Origin: an uncultured delta proteobacterium
Lineage (GTDB): Bacteria; Desulfobacterota; Desulfobacteria; Desulfobacterales; UBA11574
Direction of reading: 5' to 3'
Length of the DNA: 64,000 nucleotides
Assembly (NCBI GenBank): GCA_963752565.1
Contig: CAVVZC010000003.1
Coordinates: 542,560-606,559, forward strand
Position 1 is the stretch's first letter; every line of letters starts with the position of its first letter. The position numbers and the translations under genes are program-made. The notes below the pieces were generated by a model. The model did not search any database. It saw nothing but the letters and a program-made list of their open reading frames with translations, and had not been told where the DNA came from. This document shows, in pieces, positions 19,662 through 29,495 of the stretch.

Positions 19662-20764
19662 TTAGTGCCTTTCTTTTAGCTTGGGGTTCATAACATCTCT
19701 GAGCCCCTCTCCAAACAGGTTAAATGAGAGCACCACAATCAGTATTGAAATCCCCGGTATAAAGGTCAACCAGGGCGCATCAAAGATGAAATTTTTGCCG
19801 TTCGAAAGAATGTTGCCCCAGGTGGCATGGGGTGGGGGTACACCGAATCCAAGAAAGCTCAAACCGGCTTCGGTTAAAATAGCCGAAGCAATGCCGATGG
19901 TGGCCGAGACCAGCACCGGCGCAATGGCATTGGGCATGATATGACGAAAGATAATTCTGAAATTGCTAAGACCAAGGGCCTTTGCCGCTGCCACAAAGTC
20001 CTGTTCCCTCAATGAAAGAAATTCAGCACGGACAAACCGTGTCGTTCCCATCCAACTGGTCAGTCCGATGACGATCATAATGTTGTATATGCTCGCAGGA
20101 AGCAGGGCGACCACCGTTAAAATCAGAAAAAAGCTCGGAAAACAGAGCATGATATCCACGATTCGCATGATCAGGGTATCAACGGAAACCGCTTTGCTGT
20201 GAAGCATCGCTTTCCAGGCCGGCGTTTCTTTTTCTGTTGATCCGTGCCGGGCTAAGAGAGAATAAAATATGTATGCCAGGCAGAGCAATAAAAGTGACTG
20301 TGCCGATAAAAATAGAATTCATCGATCACCAGACCTGTTCCCAAAATTAAGGCTAACGTGAACAGAACATGATCTGTTCTAATATGGTGTTGTCCAAAAT
20401 AGCCTGCAATTCCACCCATGAAAATACCGATGAGCACCGATATGCCAACAGCCACAAAACCGACGGTCAGGGAAACCCATGCCCCTTGAAGCATTCGTGA
20501 AAAAACATCTCTACCCAGATCATCGGTTCCCATAAGATAAACCCCCAGGACCGGGACCTCTTGGGGTTGCAGGGAATCAAGATTCGGTTTGGCCAATGGT
20601 GGGCGCAGCTTTTCCTGGAGACGGATCATGGCAGGATCGAATATGGGTCTGGATCCTGACGTTAAAAAGAGGCCTGTGACGGCACAGCAGAAAAATAGGA
20701 TAAAAATGAAAAGTCCTAAAATGGCGAGCCGGTTTTGGCCGAAAAGGCGACGGAATTCCTGCAT
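19662..20764 (-). pseudogene. Oligopeptide/dipeptide ABC permease (OppC/DppC-like), interrupted by a 209-bp insertion
   Basis: MGTDDLGRDVFSR...GGIAGYFG, then unrelated sequence with a stop, then VDTLIMRIVDIMLCFPSFFL...EAGLSFLGFGVPPP. In intact homologues GYFGGxVD is contiguous. Confidence 0.8.
20184..20392. other. 209-bp insertion inside oppC (non-coding, hairpin-containing; possible MITE-like element)
   Basis: Lies exactly between the codons for GYFG and VD. Contains the hairpin gaacag-atcatgtt-ctgttc and a GC-rich palindromic segment gcccggcacg...cgccggcc. The length is not a multiple of 3. Confidence 0.55.
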
Positions 20765-20836
20765 GCGGGTTCGCTTTGGCGGCAGCGGCGATTCGATATA
20801 AAAATCGTGTGTTTAATTTTTTTTCAGCCAGATTCA

Positions 20837-21796
20837 TTACAAGCGTATCCTTGGATCGACAACCAGGTAAAGCAGGTCTGAAATAAACGTGCCGACCAGA
20901 ACCAGGACGGCTGAAACAAAGTTGACCGTCAGAATGATCGGGTAATCCCTGGCCAGGATGGCTTCATAGGCCATTCGCCCCATTCCGGGCCAGGAAAAAA
21001 TAGATTCGATAATCACCGAGCCTCCGATCAGCCCGGGCAAAATGAGGCCGAACATGGTGACAAAGGGCAACAGTGCATTTCGAAGCGCGTGTTTATAGTG
21101 CACCTGTTCCGGAGGAAGCCCCTTGGCCCTGGCGGTGCGGATATAGTCCTGACCTTCCACCTCAAGCATCTGGCTGCGAACATATCTGGAAAGAACCGCA
21201 ATGCCGCCGGTTGCACCCAACACGGAGGGAAGAAGCAGGTGCCAGATTCGGTCCATGAACAGATAAGTTGCCGGAGCGTCTCCGATACCGAACGTTTCCA
21301 TACCGATCACCGGAACATGAAAGTAAGTGACGACAAAGATGATCAGCACGTATGCAAAGAAAAATCCGGGAATTGAAATCAGCACATACGATATGAACGT
21401 GGCACTGCGGTCGTAGATTCCGCCCCTAAAAATAGCGGACCGGATTCCCACCGGAAACGAAAGGGTCCAGGTAATGAGTGTGCCCACAACAAATAAGGGC
21501 AGGCTGTTTAAAAATCGTTCCCAAATCTTTTTAAGAACCGATTGATTGTCCTTCCAGGAAACGGTTTTTCCTGTAAAAAGGTCCCGGTAAAAATAGATAT
21601 ATTGAACGTAAAGGGGTTTATCCAGGTGAAACTCTTTTTGAAATCGTTCCACCATTTCGGGGGTAAACTTGGGATTCAAAGGATCCACCTGGCTTGGACT
21701 TCCAGGAGCAAGATGAATGATCAAAAAGGATACAATGGAGACAAAAAAAAGCGTAATGGTTTTTTGAACAACACTTCGTCCGATAAATGATAACAT
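20837..21796 (-). CDS. Oligopeptide/dipeptide ABC permease (OppB/DppB-like), intact
   Basis: 319 aa. YIRTARAKGL, ALRNALLPFVTM, and a C-terminal DPRIRL typical of this family. Confidence 0.85.
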   Translation of the reverse strand: MLSFIGRSVVQKTITLFFVSIVSFLIIHLAPGSPSQVDPLNPKFTPEMVERFQKEFHLDKPLYVQYIYFYRDLFTGKTVSWKDNQSVLKKIWERFLNSLPLFVVGTLITWTLSFPVGIRSAIFRGGIYDRSATFISYVLISIPGFFFAYVLIIFVVTYFHVPVIGMETFGIGDAPATYLFMDRIWHLLLPSVLGATGGIAVLSRYVRSQMLEVEGQDYIRTARAKGLPPEQVHYKHALRNALLPFVTMFGLILPGLIGGSVIIESIFSWPGMGRMAYEAILARDYPIILTVNFVSAVLVLVGTFISDLLYLVVDPRIRL

Positions 21797-21799
21797 GGT

Positions 21800-23933
21800 C
21801 TATCCTTTGTCCATAAAACTGGGAACCTGTGGAAGCTTAATCCATTGATTAAAATAGAAATTGTAATTACCGGTTTTGGTCGGCGTTATTTTTTCATACT
21901 GTATGGCTCCGGTATCATCGACAGTTTTGATGACGATGCGTTTGTCCAAAACAGCGGTCCATTTGCCCACATAAAGAAATGTATAGGGCTGTTCGCCGGC
22001 AATAATTTCGTGAAGCCTGTGACAAAATTCGATCTGCCGGTTATGATTGTATTCCTGCCGGATCTTGATGATAAGATCATCCGCTTCCTTGTTTTTATAG
22101 CCGACAAAATTGAGCTGATAGGGATTTGTCTGGCTCGAATGCCATATCTGATAAAGATCCGGTTCAATTCCCATCTGCCAGCCCAGAATCAGTGCATCAA
22201 AATCTGCTTTATTCACTCGCTCCTGGATAAAAACAGACCACTCCAAAAGATCGGTGTGAACATCGATGCCGATCTGTTTCCAAGCGTCCTGGGCAATGGC
22301 CAGTACGGCCTTTCGAAGGTCGTTGCCGCTGTTGGTAATCAGGGTGAATTTAAATGGTTTGCCGTTCTTTTCAAGCCGGCCGGCCTTGTTTCGTTTCCAA
22401 CCGGCTGCCTCCAGCAGCTTTAGTGCGCCATTGGGATCGTAGACAAGCGGTTTGATGGTGTGGTTGTAGTAGTCGGTCTGTTTGACAAAAGGTCCGGTAA
22501 TCCGTTCGCCCTGGCCGTAAAGCACATACTGGATGATTTTTTCAACGTCTATGGCCATCCCAAGGGCTCTTCTTACCCGGGGATCGTCAAAGGGTTTGCG
22601 TCTCATGTTGTAACCGATATAGGTGTATCCGAAAGCAACTCCGGAAAAGTTCTGGAACCGCGGATCTTTTTTCAGGCGTTTGACCTGATGGGGTTGAACC
22701 CCATAACTGTCGATAGTACCGGCATAAAATTCCATTTCCTGGGTCAGAAGGTCGGGAATGATCCGATAGACATACCGTTGATAGTTCGGCGGCCCTTCCC
22801 AGTAATCATCAAAACGATCCAGAATGATGTACTGATCAGATTTCCAATTTTGGAATTTGAAAGGCCCGCATCCAATGGGATGCCGGTTAAATGTGCTCTG
22901 GCGAATGGAAAAGGTTTTCGGATCTTTTCCGAGACGAGTGGCTTCTTTTTTGAGTGCATGAGAGTTGAGCAAATGCTCGGGAAGGATTCCCATAGCCCCA
23001 GGTTCCGATGGCCGGAGAGTAGAGCCGCTTGTAAACGATTTTAACGGTCAGCGGATCGATAACCTCGACGGTTTTAACCGGTTCGTAATCTGAAATACGC
23101 GGTGAAAGATTTTTCGGATTCATGATGGCTTCATATGTGAACCTGACATCATCGGCACCCATCAGATGGCCGTCGTGAAACTTCACTCCGGGCCTTAAGT
23201 GAAACAAAAGAATCGGATTGTGTTCAACGGCCGGTATCAGCTCTTGGGTGTATGCCGTCCATTGTTCTTTGGAAAGCTGAGAATCGATTTTCAAGTAGTC
23301 TTTGCCGTGAAAAGATTCAAAGTAATCTTTCCCCAGAAGATGGGTAAGGTTTTGGAAAAGATCCTGGTCCACCGTATTTAAAACCAGCTTGATCCTTGGG
23401 GGCGCTGCCACCTGGATTTCAATCGTTTTCTCTTTACCGGTATTTGAATCTTTGAACGACTTTGACACCGTAAAAATTCTGGACGGAAGGACGGAAATGT
23501 CCGTGATGCGGTTTAGAGAATCCTTGAGAGCCGGATCTTTTATACGTGTTGTTTTTTGGGCGTGTTTAATGAAATCTGCCAGGGTGTGTGCATCGGCTTT
23601 GCCCAGACCCGGTATGCGGGCAGATGGGTTGACATAAAAGAACGCGTCTTCAAAAATTTCCCATGATTTGGCCAGCCTTCCCCTGAAGCGCAATTGTTCA
23701 TCCCGGTCGATGAGACCCTCAAACACCATGTCATTGATACTGCTGCTGGCGGAATCTGCCGAAAGGATAGGGTTTAAAAGACTGGCATCACCGATGGATC
23801 CGGCGATGTATTCAGCAAGCCGAGCAGAGTTTCCCTTTGTTTGCTGTTCGTATGTCGGCACCCAGAAATAAGACTGAAGCAGAACAAGAATCAGAAGTAT
23901 GGGAGCGAAAATAAGGACACGTCTAACGGTCAT
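21800..23933 (-). pseudogene. Family-5 peptide/nickel substrate-binding protein (OppA/DppA-like), frameshifted
   Basis: The N-part (22887-23933) ends ...LYSPAIGTWG. The C-part (21800-22993) begins MGILPEHLLN. The join requires removing 1 nt in the run acctggggctatggg (~22990). Confidence 0.8.
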
Positions 23934-24174
23934 TACAAATTTGCCTAACTAAATGTTTTTAAAGGATAAACATAAATGAAACATAAACATATGAGATTCG
24001 AGTTTTTGAGTCAAGCGAAAAGGTAATATTGAATGGCAGATGATTTTAAAGGTTGGGTCTGGTAAATTTTTCGAAAAGATGGTGTCAAGCCGAACACGTT
24101 CATATCGAGCATTTAATTTGCTTATTAGTAACTTGACTTGAATGTGGGGAAAGATACGTGTGAGAAAAATTAAA

Positions 24175-24193
24175 CGATTGACTAATTCAATCG
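24175..24193. promoter_or_regulatory. Palindrome cgattga-ctaat-tcaatcg upstream of the efflux operon (candidate operator)
   Basis: 7-bp perfect arms with a 5-nt spacer, ~160 nt upstream of the hlyD-like start. Confidence 0.25.
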
Positions 24194-24355
24194 ATTTTGA
24201 AATTTTCGGACAGTTGATCGGAGAAATGAAAAAACTGCAAAGGAACAGCCGAGTGTAAATGCAAAGACATGGCTGGGCCTTATTTTAAATTTCGGTTTTT
24301 TTATTTTTACCATAATCCAACAAAATTTTTACCCGGAAGGTGGAGCGTCTTCACA

Positions 24356-25339
24356 ATGAAACGATTAATCAGAATTATCATTTTAGTCGTTCTTGTTTCG
24401 GCAGTGATTCTGAGCGTTCGGTGGTTTTTAAATGCGGAGGGAAATCAATCCGCATCCGAACTCAGGATCTACGGGAATATCGATATCCGAAAAGCCGATC
24501 TCGCGTTTAACGAACAAGAGCGCATTGCTCAGGTTTTGGTGGAAGAAGGCGATCGCGTTACGGCGGGCCAGGTTCTGGCGCGACTGCAAACCAATCGTCT
24601 GGAAGCTCAAATCAGAGAAATACAGGCTAAAATTGCTGCTCAGCAAGAGGTTGTAAAACGACTCGTAGCCGGGACCCGACCCCAGGAGATCGAGCAGGTG
24701 CGCGCCGAGGTGGCGGCGGCACAGGCCCGGGTCAAAAATACCATGAAGAATTACGAGCGAGTCAGTAAAACGTCAGGGGCTGGGGCCACGAGCCGGCAGG
24801 CTCTGGACAATGCCCGGGCCCTGCTCGATGTGGATCAGGCCCAGCTCAAGGTCAAGGAAAAGGCGCTGAATCTGGCCCTTGAAGGCCCCCGCAAAGAAGA
24901 CATTGCCGCGGCCAAAAATACGCTGAAGGCGCTCAAGGCGTCTCTTTCACTCTTACAGATAAGGCTTTCGGATATGGCACTGACATCACCCGCGACGGGA
25001 GTGATTCAGAACCGGATTCTGGAGCCCGGAGAAATGGCGGGCCCAAACCGGCCGGTTGTCACCCTGGCGTTGACCGACCCCAAATGGGTGCGGGCCTATG
25101 TGCCGGAACCGTATCTCGGTCGCATCAATCTCGGTATGAAAGCCAAGATCTTGAGCGATTCGTTTCCGGATCAGACCTTTGAAGGCTGGATCGGCTTTAT
25201 CTCCCCTGTGGCCGAATTTACCCCAAAAACCGTGGAAACCGAGGATCTGCGAACAAAACTGGTGTATGAAGTGAGGGTTTTTGTTCATGATTCCAAAGAT
25301 TTGCTTCGGTCTGGGGATGCCGACCACGGTGATCGTTGA
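24356..25339 (+). CDS. HlyD/YbhG-family periplasmic adaptor protein (3'-terminal frameshift)
   Basis: I prefer the ATG at 24356 (RBS ggaaggtggag; MKRLIRIIILVVLV TM anchor). Coiled-coil region and YVPEPYLGRINLGMKAKI. A second frame continues as GMPTTVIVDRT... to ~25415, 9 nt before the next gene. Confidence 0.8.
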   Translation: MKRLIRIIILVVLVSAVILSVRWFLNAEGNQSASELRIYGNIDIRKADLAFNEQERIAQVLVEEGDRVTAGQVLARLQTNRLEAQIREIQAKIAAQQEVVKRLVAGTRPQEIEQVRAEVAAAQARVKNTMKNYERVSKTSGAGATSRQALDNARALLDVDQAQLKVKEKALNLALEGPRKEDIAAAKNTLKALKASLSLLQIRLSDMALTSPATGVIQNRILEPGEMAGPNRPVVTLALTDPKWVRAYVPEPYLGRINLGMKAKILSDSFPDQTFEGWIGFISPVAEFTPKTVETEDLRTKLVYEVRVFVHDSKDLLRSGDADHGDR

Positions 25340-25423
25340 CCGTACCGCTTCATCCGGCAAATCCCAAGATGGCGGCGTTCCAGTCCAAGAAACCGCCAAA
25401 CCGGTCAAAGGATAGCAAGCGAT

Positions 25424-27241
25424 ATGGCTGTTGGGTCACATATACAGACCGCGGCCGCCACGGAAGTGGTGCTGGCGGTCCGGAAGCTGAGAAAGGAATT
25501 TATTTCCAAAAAAGGGCCTGCGGTTCAAGCCTTAAAGGGTGTTTCGCTGGAAGCCCGGCGCAGGCAGGTAACCGGGCTTGTGGGGGCGGACGGCGCCGGC
25601 AAAACCACCCTGATCCGCACGGCTGCCGGCTTGATCGTGCCAACGGCCGGCAGTGTTACCGTTCTGGGTTTCGACAGCGTGGTCGATACCATCGAAATTC
25701 AGAGCCGCGTCGGTTATATGCCCCAGAAATTCGGCCTGTACCAGGATCTGACCGTGAAAGAGAACATGGATCTCTATGCCGATCTTCAGGGGGTTCCTTC
25801 TTCCCAGCGCAAGGATCGCTATCGCCGACTGCTTCAGATGACCGGCCTGGAACCCTATACCCGGCGCATGGCGGGTGCGCTTTCCGGCGGAATGAAGCAG
25901 AAGCTGGGGTTGGCCTGCTCCCTCATCAAGTCACCGAAGATGCTGTTACTGGACGAGCCCACCGTGGGTGTTGATCCGATTTCGCGTCGGGAATTGTGGA
26001 AAATCGTTTACGAACTCGTGGAAAACGATGGCATCGGGGTGTTGCTCTCAACCGCCTATCTTGACGAAGCGGAGCGTTGCGACCACGTGGTGGTGCTGCA
26101 TGAAGGTGAGAAGCTCGCCGAAGGAACACCCCGGGAATTTAAGGAGCGGGTGGGACAAAGGGTTGCGCTTGTGGATCCACCGGCGGACATCAAGCCCCGT
26201 CGGATACACACGCACCTTGTGGGCAGAGCGCATATTGTGGATGCGACTATCCGTTCCGGAAGGGTACGCGTGGTGACCGATGCTTTCGGCACCCAAGCCG
26301 TGAACGATGCTTTGCCAAAACAGTGGCGGGCGACCATCAAGAACACGTCATCAACCTTTGAAGATGCTTTTATGACACTGATCCCGCACCGGGAAAGCCG
26401 CATTCAAATCAATAATACAGAGGAGCCTTCCGACAAGACGGTTCTGAATGAAGAAGTGGTAGTGCAAACCAAGGCGCTTCAAAAATATTTCGGTGATTTT
26501 GAGGCGGTCAAAAGACTCTCTTTCGAGGTTCATCATGGTGAAATTTTCGGTCTGCTCGGTCCCAACGGCGCCGGGAAAAGCACCACCTTTAGGATGCTAT
26601 GCGGATTGCTGAGCGCCAGCGCCGGCGAGATCAGCGTGGCCGGATATGATTTACGACATTCGCCGTCCAGGGCCCGCTCACGTCTGGGATACATGGCCCA
26701 GCAGTTTTCCCTCTACGGTCAGCTCAGCGTAAAGGAAAATCTGAGCTTTTTCGGAAGGGCCTATGGTCTTGGCGGGAATCGGCTTCGGCTTCGGCTGGAA
26801 TGGGCTTTTGAGGAATTCGGACTTGGCAAATGGCGCGACAAGGCCGCCGGCCAGCTTCCGGGCGGTTACAAGCAGCGTCTGGCCATGGCGGCGTCGCTTT
26901 TGCACGAGCCGGACATTCTTTTTCTGGATGAGCCGACATCGGGCGTAGATCCCTTTGCCCGACGTGAGTTCTGGCTCAGGATCAACGGTTTTGCCGAACA
27001 GGGCGTCACCGTGGTGGTCACAACGCATTTTATGGAAGAATCCGAATACTGCGACCGTATGTTGATCATGTCCCAGGGGGAAAACCTCGCTATGGGCACA
27101 CCTTCTGAAATCAGGGCACTGGCCCGTTCTAAAGAAAATCCGGAACCGACCATTGAAGACGCGTTTATCGCCCTTGCAGAGGGAACCATCTCACCCTCCG
27201 GCGAACGGAATCGAATTGAAAACAGCAGAGGGGGAAAATGA
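25424..27241 (+). CDS. ABC transporter ATP-binding protein with two fused ATPase cassettes (YbhF/RbbA-like)
   Basis: 605 aa. Walker A GADGAGKTT and GPNGAGKST; signatures LSGGMKQKL and LPGGYKQRL; Walker B LLLDEPT and LFLDEPT. Confidence 0.9.
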   Translation: MAVGSHIQTAAATEVVLAVRKLRKEFISKKGPAVQALKGVSLEARRRQVTGLVGADGAGKTTLIRTAAGLIVPTAGSVTVLGFDSVVDTIEIQSRVGYMPQKFGLYQDLTVKENMDLYADLQGVPSSQRKDRYRRLLQMTGLEPYTRRMAGALSGGMKQKLGLACSLIKSPKMLLLDEPTVGVDPISRRELWKIVYELVENDGIGVLLSTAYLDEAERCDHVVVLHEGEKLAEGTPREFKERVGQRVALVDPPADIKPRRIHTHLVGRAHIVDATIRSGRVRVVTDAFGTQAVNDALPKQWRATIKNTSSTFEDAFMTLIPHRESRIQINNTEEPSDKTVLNEEVVVQTKALQKYFGDFEAVKRLSFEVHHGEIFGLLGPNGAGKSTTFRMLCGLLSASAGEISVAGYDLRHSPSRARSRLGYMAQQFSLYGQLSVKENLSFFGRAYGLGGNRLRLRLEWAFEEFGLGKWRDKAAGQLPGGYKQRLAMAASLLHEPDILFLDEPTSGVDPFARREFWLRINGFAEQGVTVVVTTHFMEESEYCDRMLIMSQGENLAMGTPSEIRALARSKENPEPTIEDAFIALAEGTISPSGERNRIENSRGGK

Positions 27242-28374
27242 CGCCGCGCGCTCTTTTCTTTATGCGCCTGCGGGGAATTCTCCGTAAGGAAGTGCTCCAG
27301 ATCCTGCGCGATCCCAGCAGCATTGCGCTGGCAATTGTTTTACCCCTGGTGTTGCTCTTTATCTTTGGATACGGGCTGTCGCTGGATGCCGAAAACGTGC
27401 CCATCGCCGTTGTGCTCAAAGACAACGGTTCGGCGGCCCGCGAGTCTGGCGGCAAGATTCGATCTAGTCGTCCTATTTCAAAACCATTCATTTGACATCC
27501 ATGGCCCAAGCAATGGATTTGCTTAATCAACGGCGCGTTGACGGTATTGTTCATCTGCAAAGCGATTTTTCATCCAGTCTTTTCAGGCGGAACCTGTCTC
27601 CGGTTCAAATGATTGTCAACGGCATCGATGCCAACCGGGCCCGGCTCATCCAGGGGTACGCGCGCGGGGTGCTCCAGAAATGGACCGTTACTGCGTCAGG
27701 CCCGGGGCGAACAGGTGGCCGTTCCTGCCGTGAAGGTCTCCCAGCGGATATGGTTCAACGAGGCGGCCGTCAGCCGTAACTTTCTGGTACCGGGTCTCAT
27801 CACCCTGATCATGACCCTGATCGGAATCCTTTTGACCGCCTTGGTGGTGGCCCGGGAATGGGAGCGGGGAACCATGGAGGCCATTCTGGTCACGCCGATT
27901 CGCAGAGTTGATCTTTTGCTGGGCAAAGTGCTTCCTTATTTCGTCCTGGGCATGATGGGCATGGGCCTGTCCGTGGTCGTCGGCACCACGCTGTTTCATG
28001 TGCCGTTTCGCGGCTCCATTACTGCGCTCCTTTTATTAAGCTCTCTTTTTATGCTGGCCTCCCTGGGCTTTGGGCTGTTGATTTCAGCGGCCATTCGGGT
28101 TCAGTTCGTGGCCGCCCAGATTTCTATTGTGGCAGGATTTCTGCCCGCATTCTTTCTATCGGGCCTTGTTTTCGACCTGGATAGCACGCCGCGCTTCATT
28201 CAAATCATAAGCCATGTGGTTCCGGCGCGGTATTTCGTGTCCATCAGCCACACCCTTTTCATGGCCGGCGACGTCTGGCCGGTGCTGCTGCCCAACGCCT
28301 TGGCCCTGGCGGTTATGGCTGTTTTATTCACCAGCCTTGCTTTTCGCAAAATCACCAAACGTTTGGAGGGTTGA
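27238..28374 (+). pseudogene. ABC-2 type permease (YbhS/YbhR-like), two frameshifts
   Basis: Three consecutive ORFs in different frames (27238-27495, 27492-27779, 27613-28374) together give one collinear ABC-2 permease. The switches are near 27463-27468 and 27678-27686. Confidence 0.75.
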
Positions 28375-29495
28375 TGGATACCGTACGCCGCATCATCGCA
28401 TTGATGTATAAAGAATTCGTTATGATCCTAAAAGACCCTAAAAGCCGTTTTGTCATTATCGGTCCACCGCTGATCCAGTTTTTCGTGTTCGGGTATGCCG
28501 CGACGTATGACCTTAAAAACGTGCGCTACGCGGTATTCGACGAGTCTCGTACGCCTGAATCCCGGCAGCTTCTGTCCCGGCTTGCAGGGTCAGAAAGTTT
28601 TGAGCTGACGAGGACCCTCTTGGCCGAAAAAGAAATCGACTTTGTGATCAACCGCGAAAAGGTTCGGCTTGTCATCCATATCGGTCCCGACTTCGGCCGC
28701 AATCTTCACATCGGCCGGCCGGTGACCCTCCAGGTGATCGTGGACGGCCGCAATTCCAATGTGGCCCTGATCGCATTAGGATATATCGGAAGTATCGTCG
28801 AACAGTATAACCGGGAACTTGTCAGAAAAGGAGTGGTCAGCATGAACGGCCCCGGCGTGGTACTTGTAGACCGGGCATGGTTCAACGCCAACCTTCAAAG
28901 CAGATGGTTCATTGTGTCGGCCTTGGGCGGCCTCATCAGCATGGTGGTGGTCATGATTCTCACCAGCCTTTCGGTGGCGCGGGAACGTGAATTCGGCACC
29001 TTCGATCAGCTTTTGGTCGCTCCATTCAACCCGGCAGAAATTCTCATCGGCAAATCCCTGCCCGGCATGTTCTTCGGCCTTATGGACGCCCTTTTGTTTG
29101 CGGCAGGGGCGGTTTACTGGTTTAATGTGCCGTTTCGCGGTACCATCGGGGCCCTCATCCTGGCCCTGGGATGTTTCATTCTCACGGTAGTGGGCGTCGG
29201 ATTGCTGGTGTCGTCCCTGTCTATGACCATGCAGCAGGCTCTCCTCGGATCCTTTGTTTTCATGATGCCGTCGGTCATTCTTTCCGGCTTCGCCACCCCC
29301 ATCGAAAACATGCCCCACTGGCTCCAGATCGGCACCCTGTTCAATCCTTTGCGCCACATCATAACAGCCCTGCGCGATATATTCCTGAAAGGCGCCGATG
29401 TGAGCATGATCTGGCACCAACTCTGGCCACTTGTGCTTATGGCCGGTTTTACGCTGCCGCTAGCGGGATGGATGTTCCGGCACCGGTCCCAATAA
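28371..29495 (+). CDS. ABC-2 type permease (YbhS/YbhR-like), intact
   Basis: 374 aa. ILKDPKSRFVIIGPPLIQ, EREFGTFDQLLVAP, NPLRHIITALRDIFLKG. The start overlaps the upstream stop (ATGA-type). Confidence 0.85.
   Translation: MMDTVRRIIALMYKEFVMILKDPKSRFVIIGPPLIQFFVFGYAATYDLKNVRYAVFDESRTPESRQLLSRLAGSESFELTRTLLAEKEIDFVINREKVRLVIHIGPDFGRNLHIGRPVTLQVIVDGRNSNVALIALGYIGSIVEQYNRELVRKGVVSMNGPGVVLVDRAWFNANLQSRWFIVSALGGLISMVVVMILTSLSVAREREFGTFDQLLVAPFNPAEILIGKSLPGMFFGLMDALLFAAGAVYWFNVPFRGTIGALILALGCFILTVVGVGLLVSSLSMTMQQALLGSFVFMMPSVILSGFATPIENMPHWLQIGTLFNPLRHIITALRDIFLKGADVSMIWHQLWPLVLMAGFTLPLAGWMFRHRSQ

Noticed and set aside
25336-25974. 212-aa plus-strand ORF (Arg/Gly/Pro-rich) overlapping the start of the ABC ATPase gene in another frame
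   Set aside because: This is a typical alternative-frame artefact of GC-rich DNA. Its 5' part is really the displaced C-terminus of the adaptor gene, and the rest overlaps a gene with perfect Walker/ABC motifs.
28776-29420. 214-aa minus-strand ORF inside the second ABC-2 permease, plus several other 60-140-aa antisense ORFs between 25.9 and 29.5 kb
   Set aside because: These are antisense shadows in a GC-rich region, with His/Gly/Arg-rich nonsense composition.
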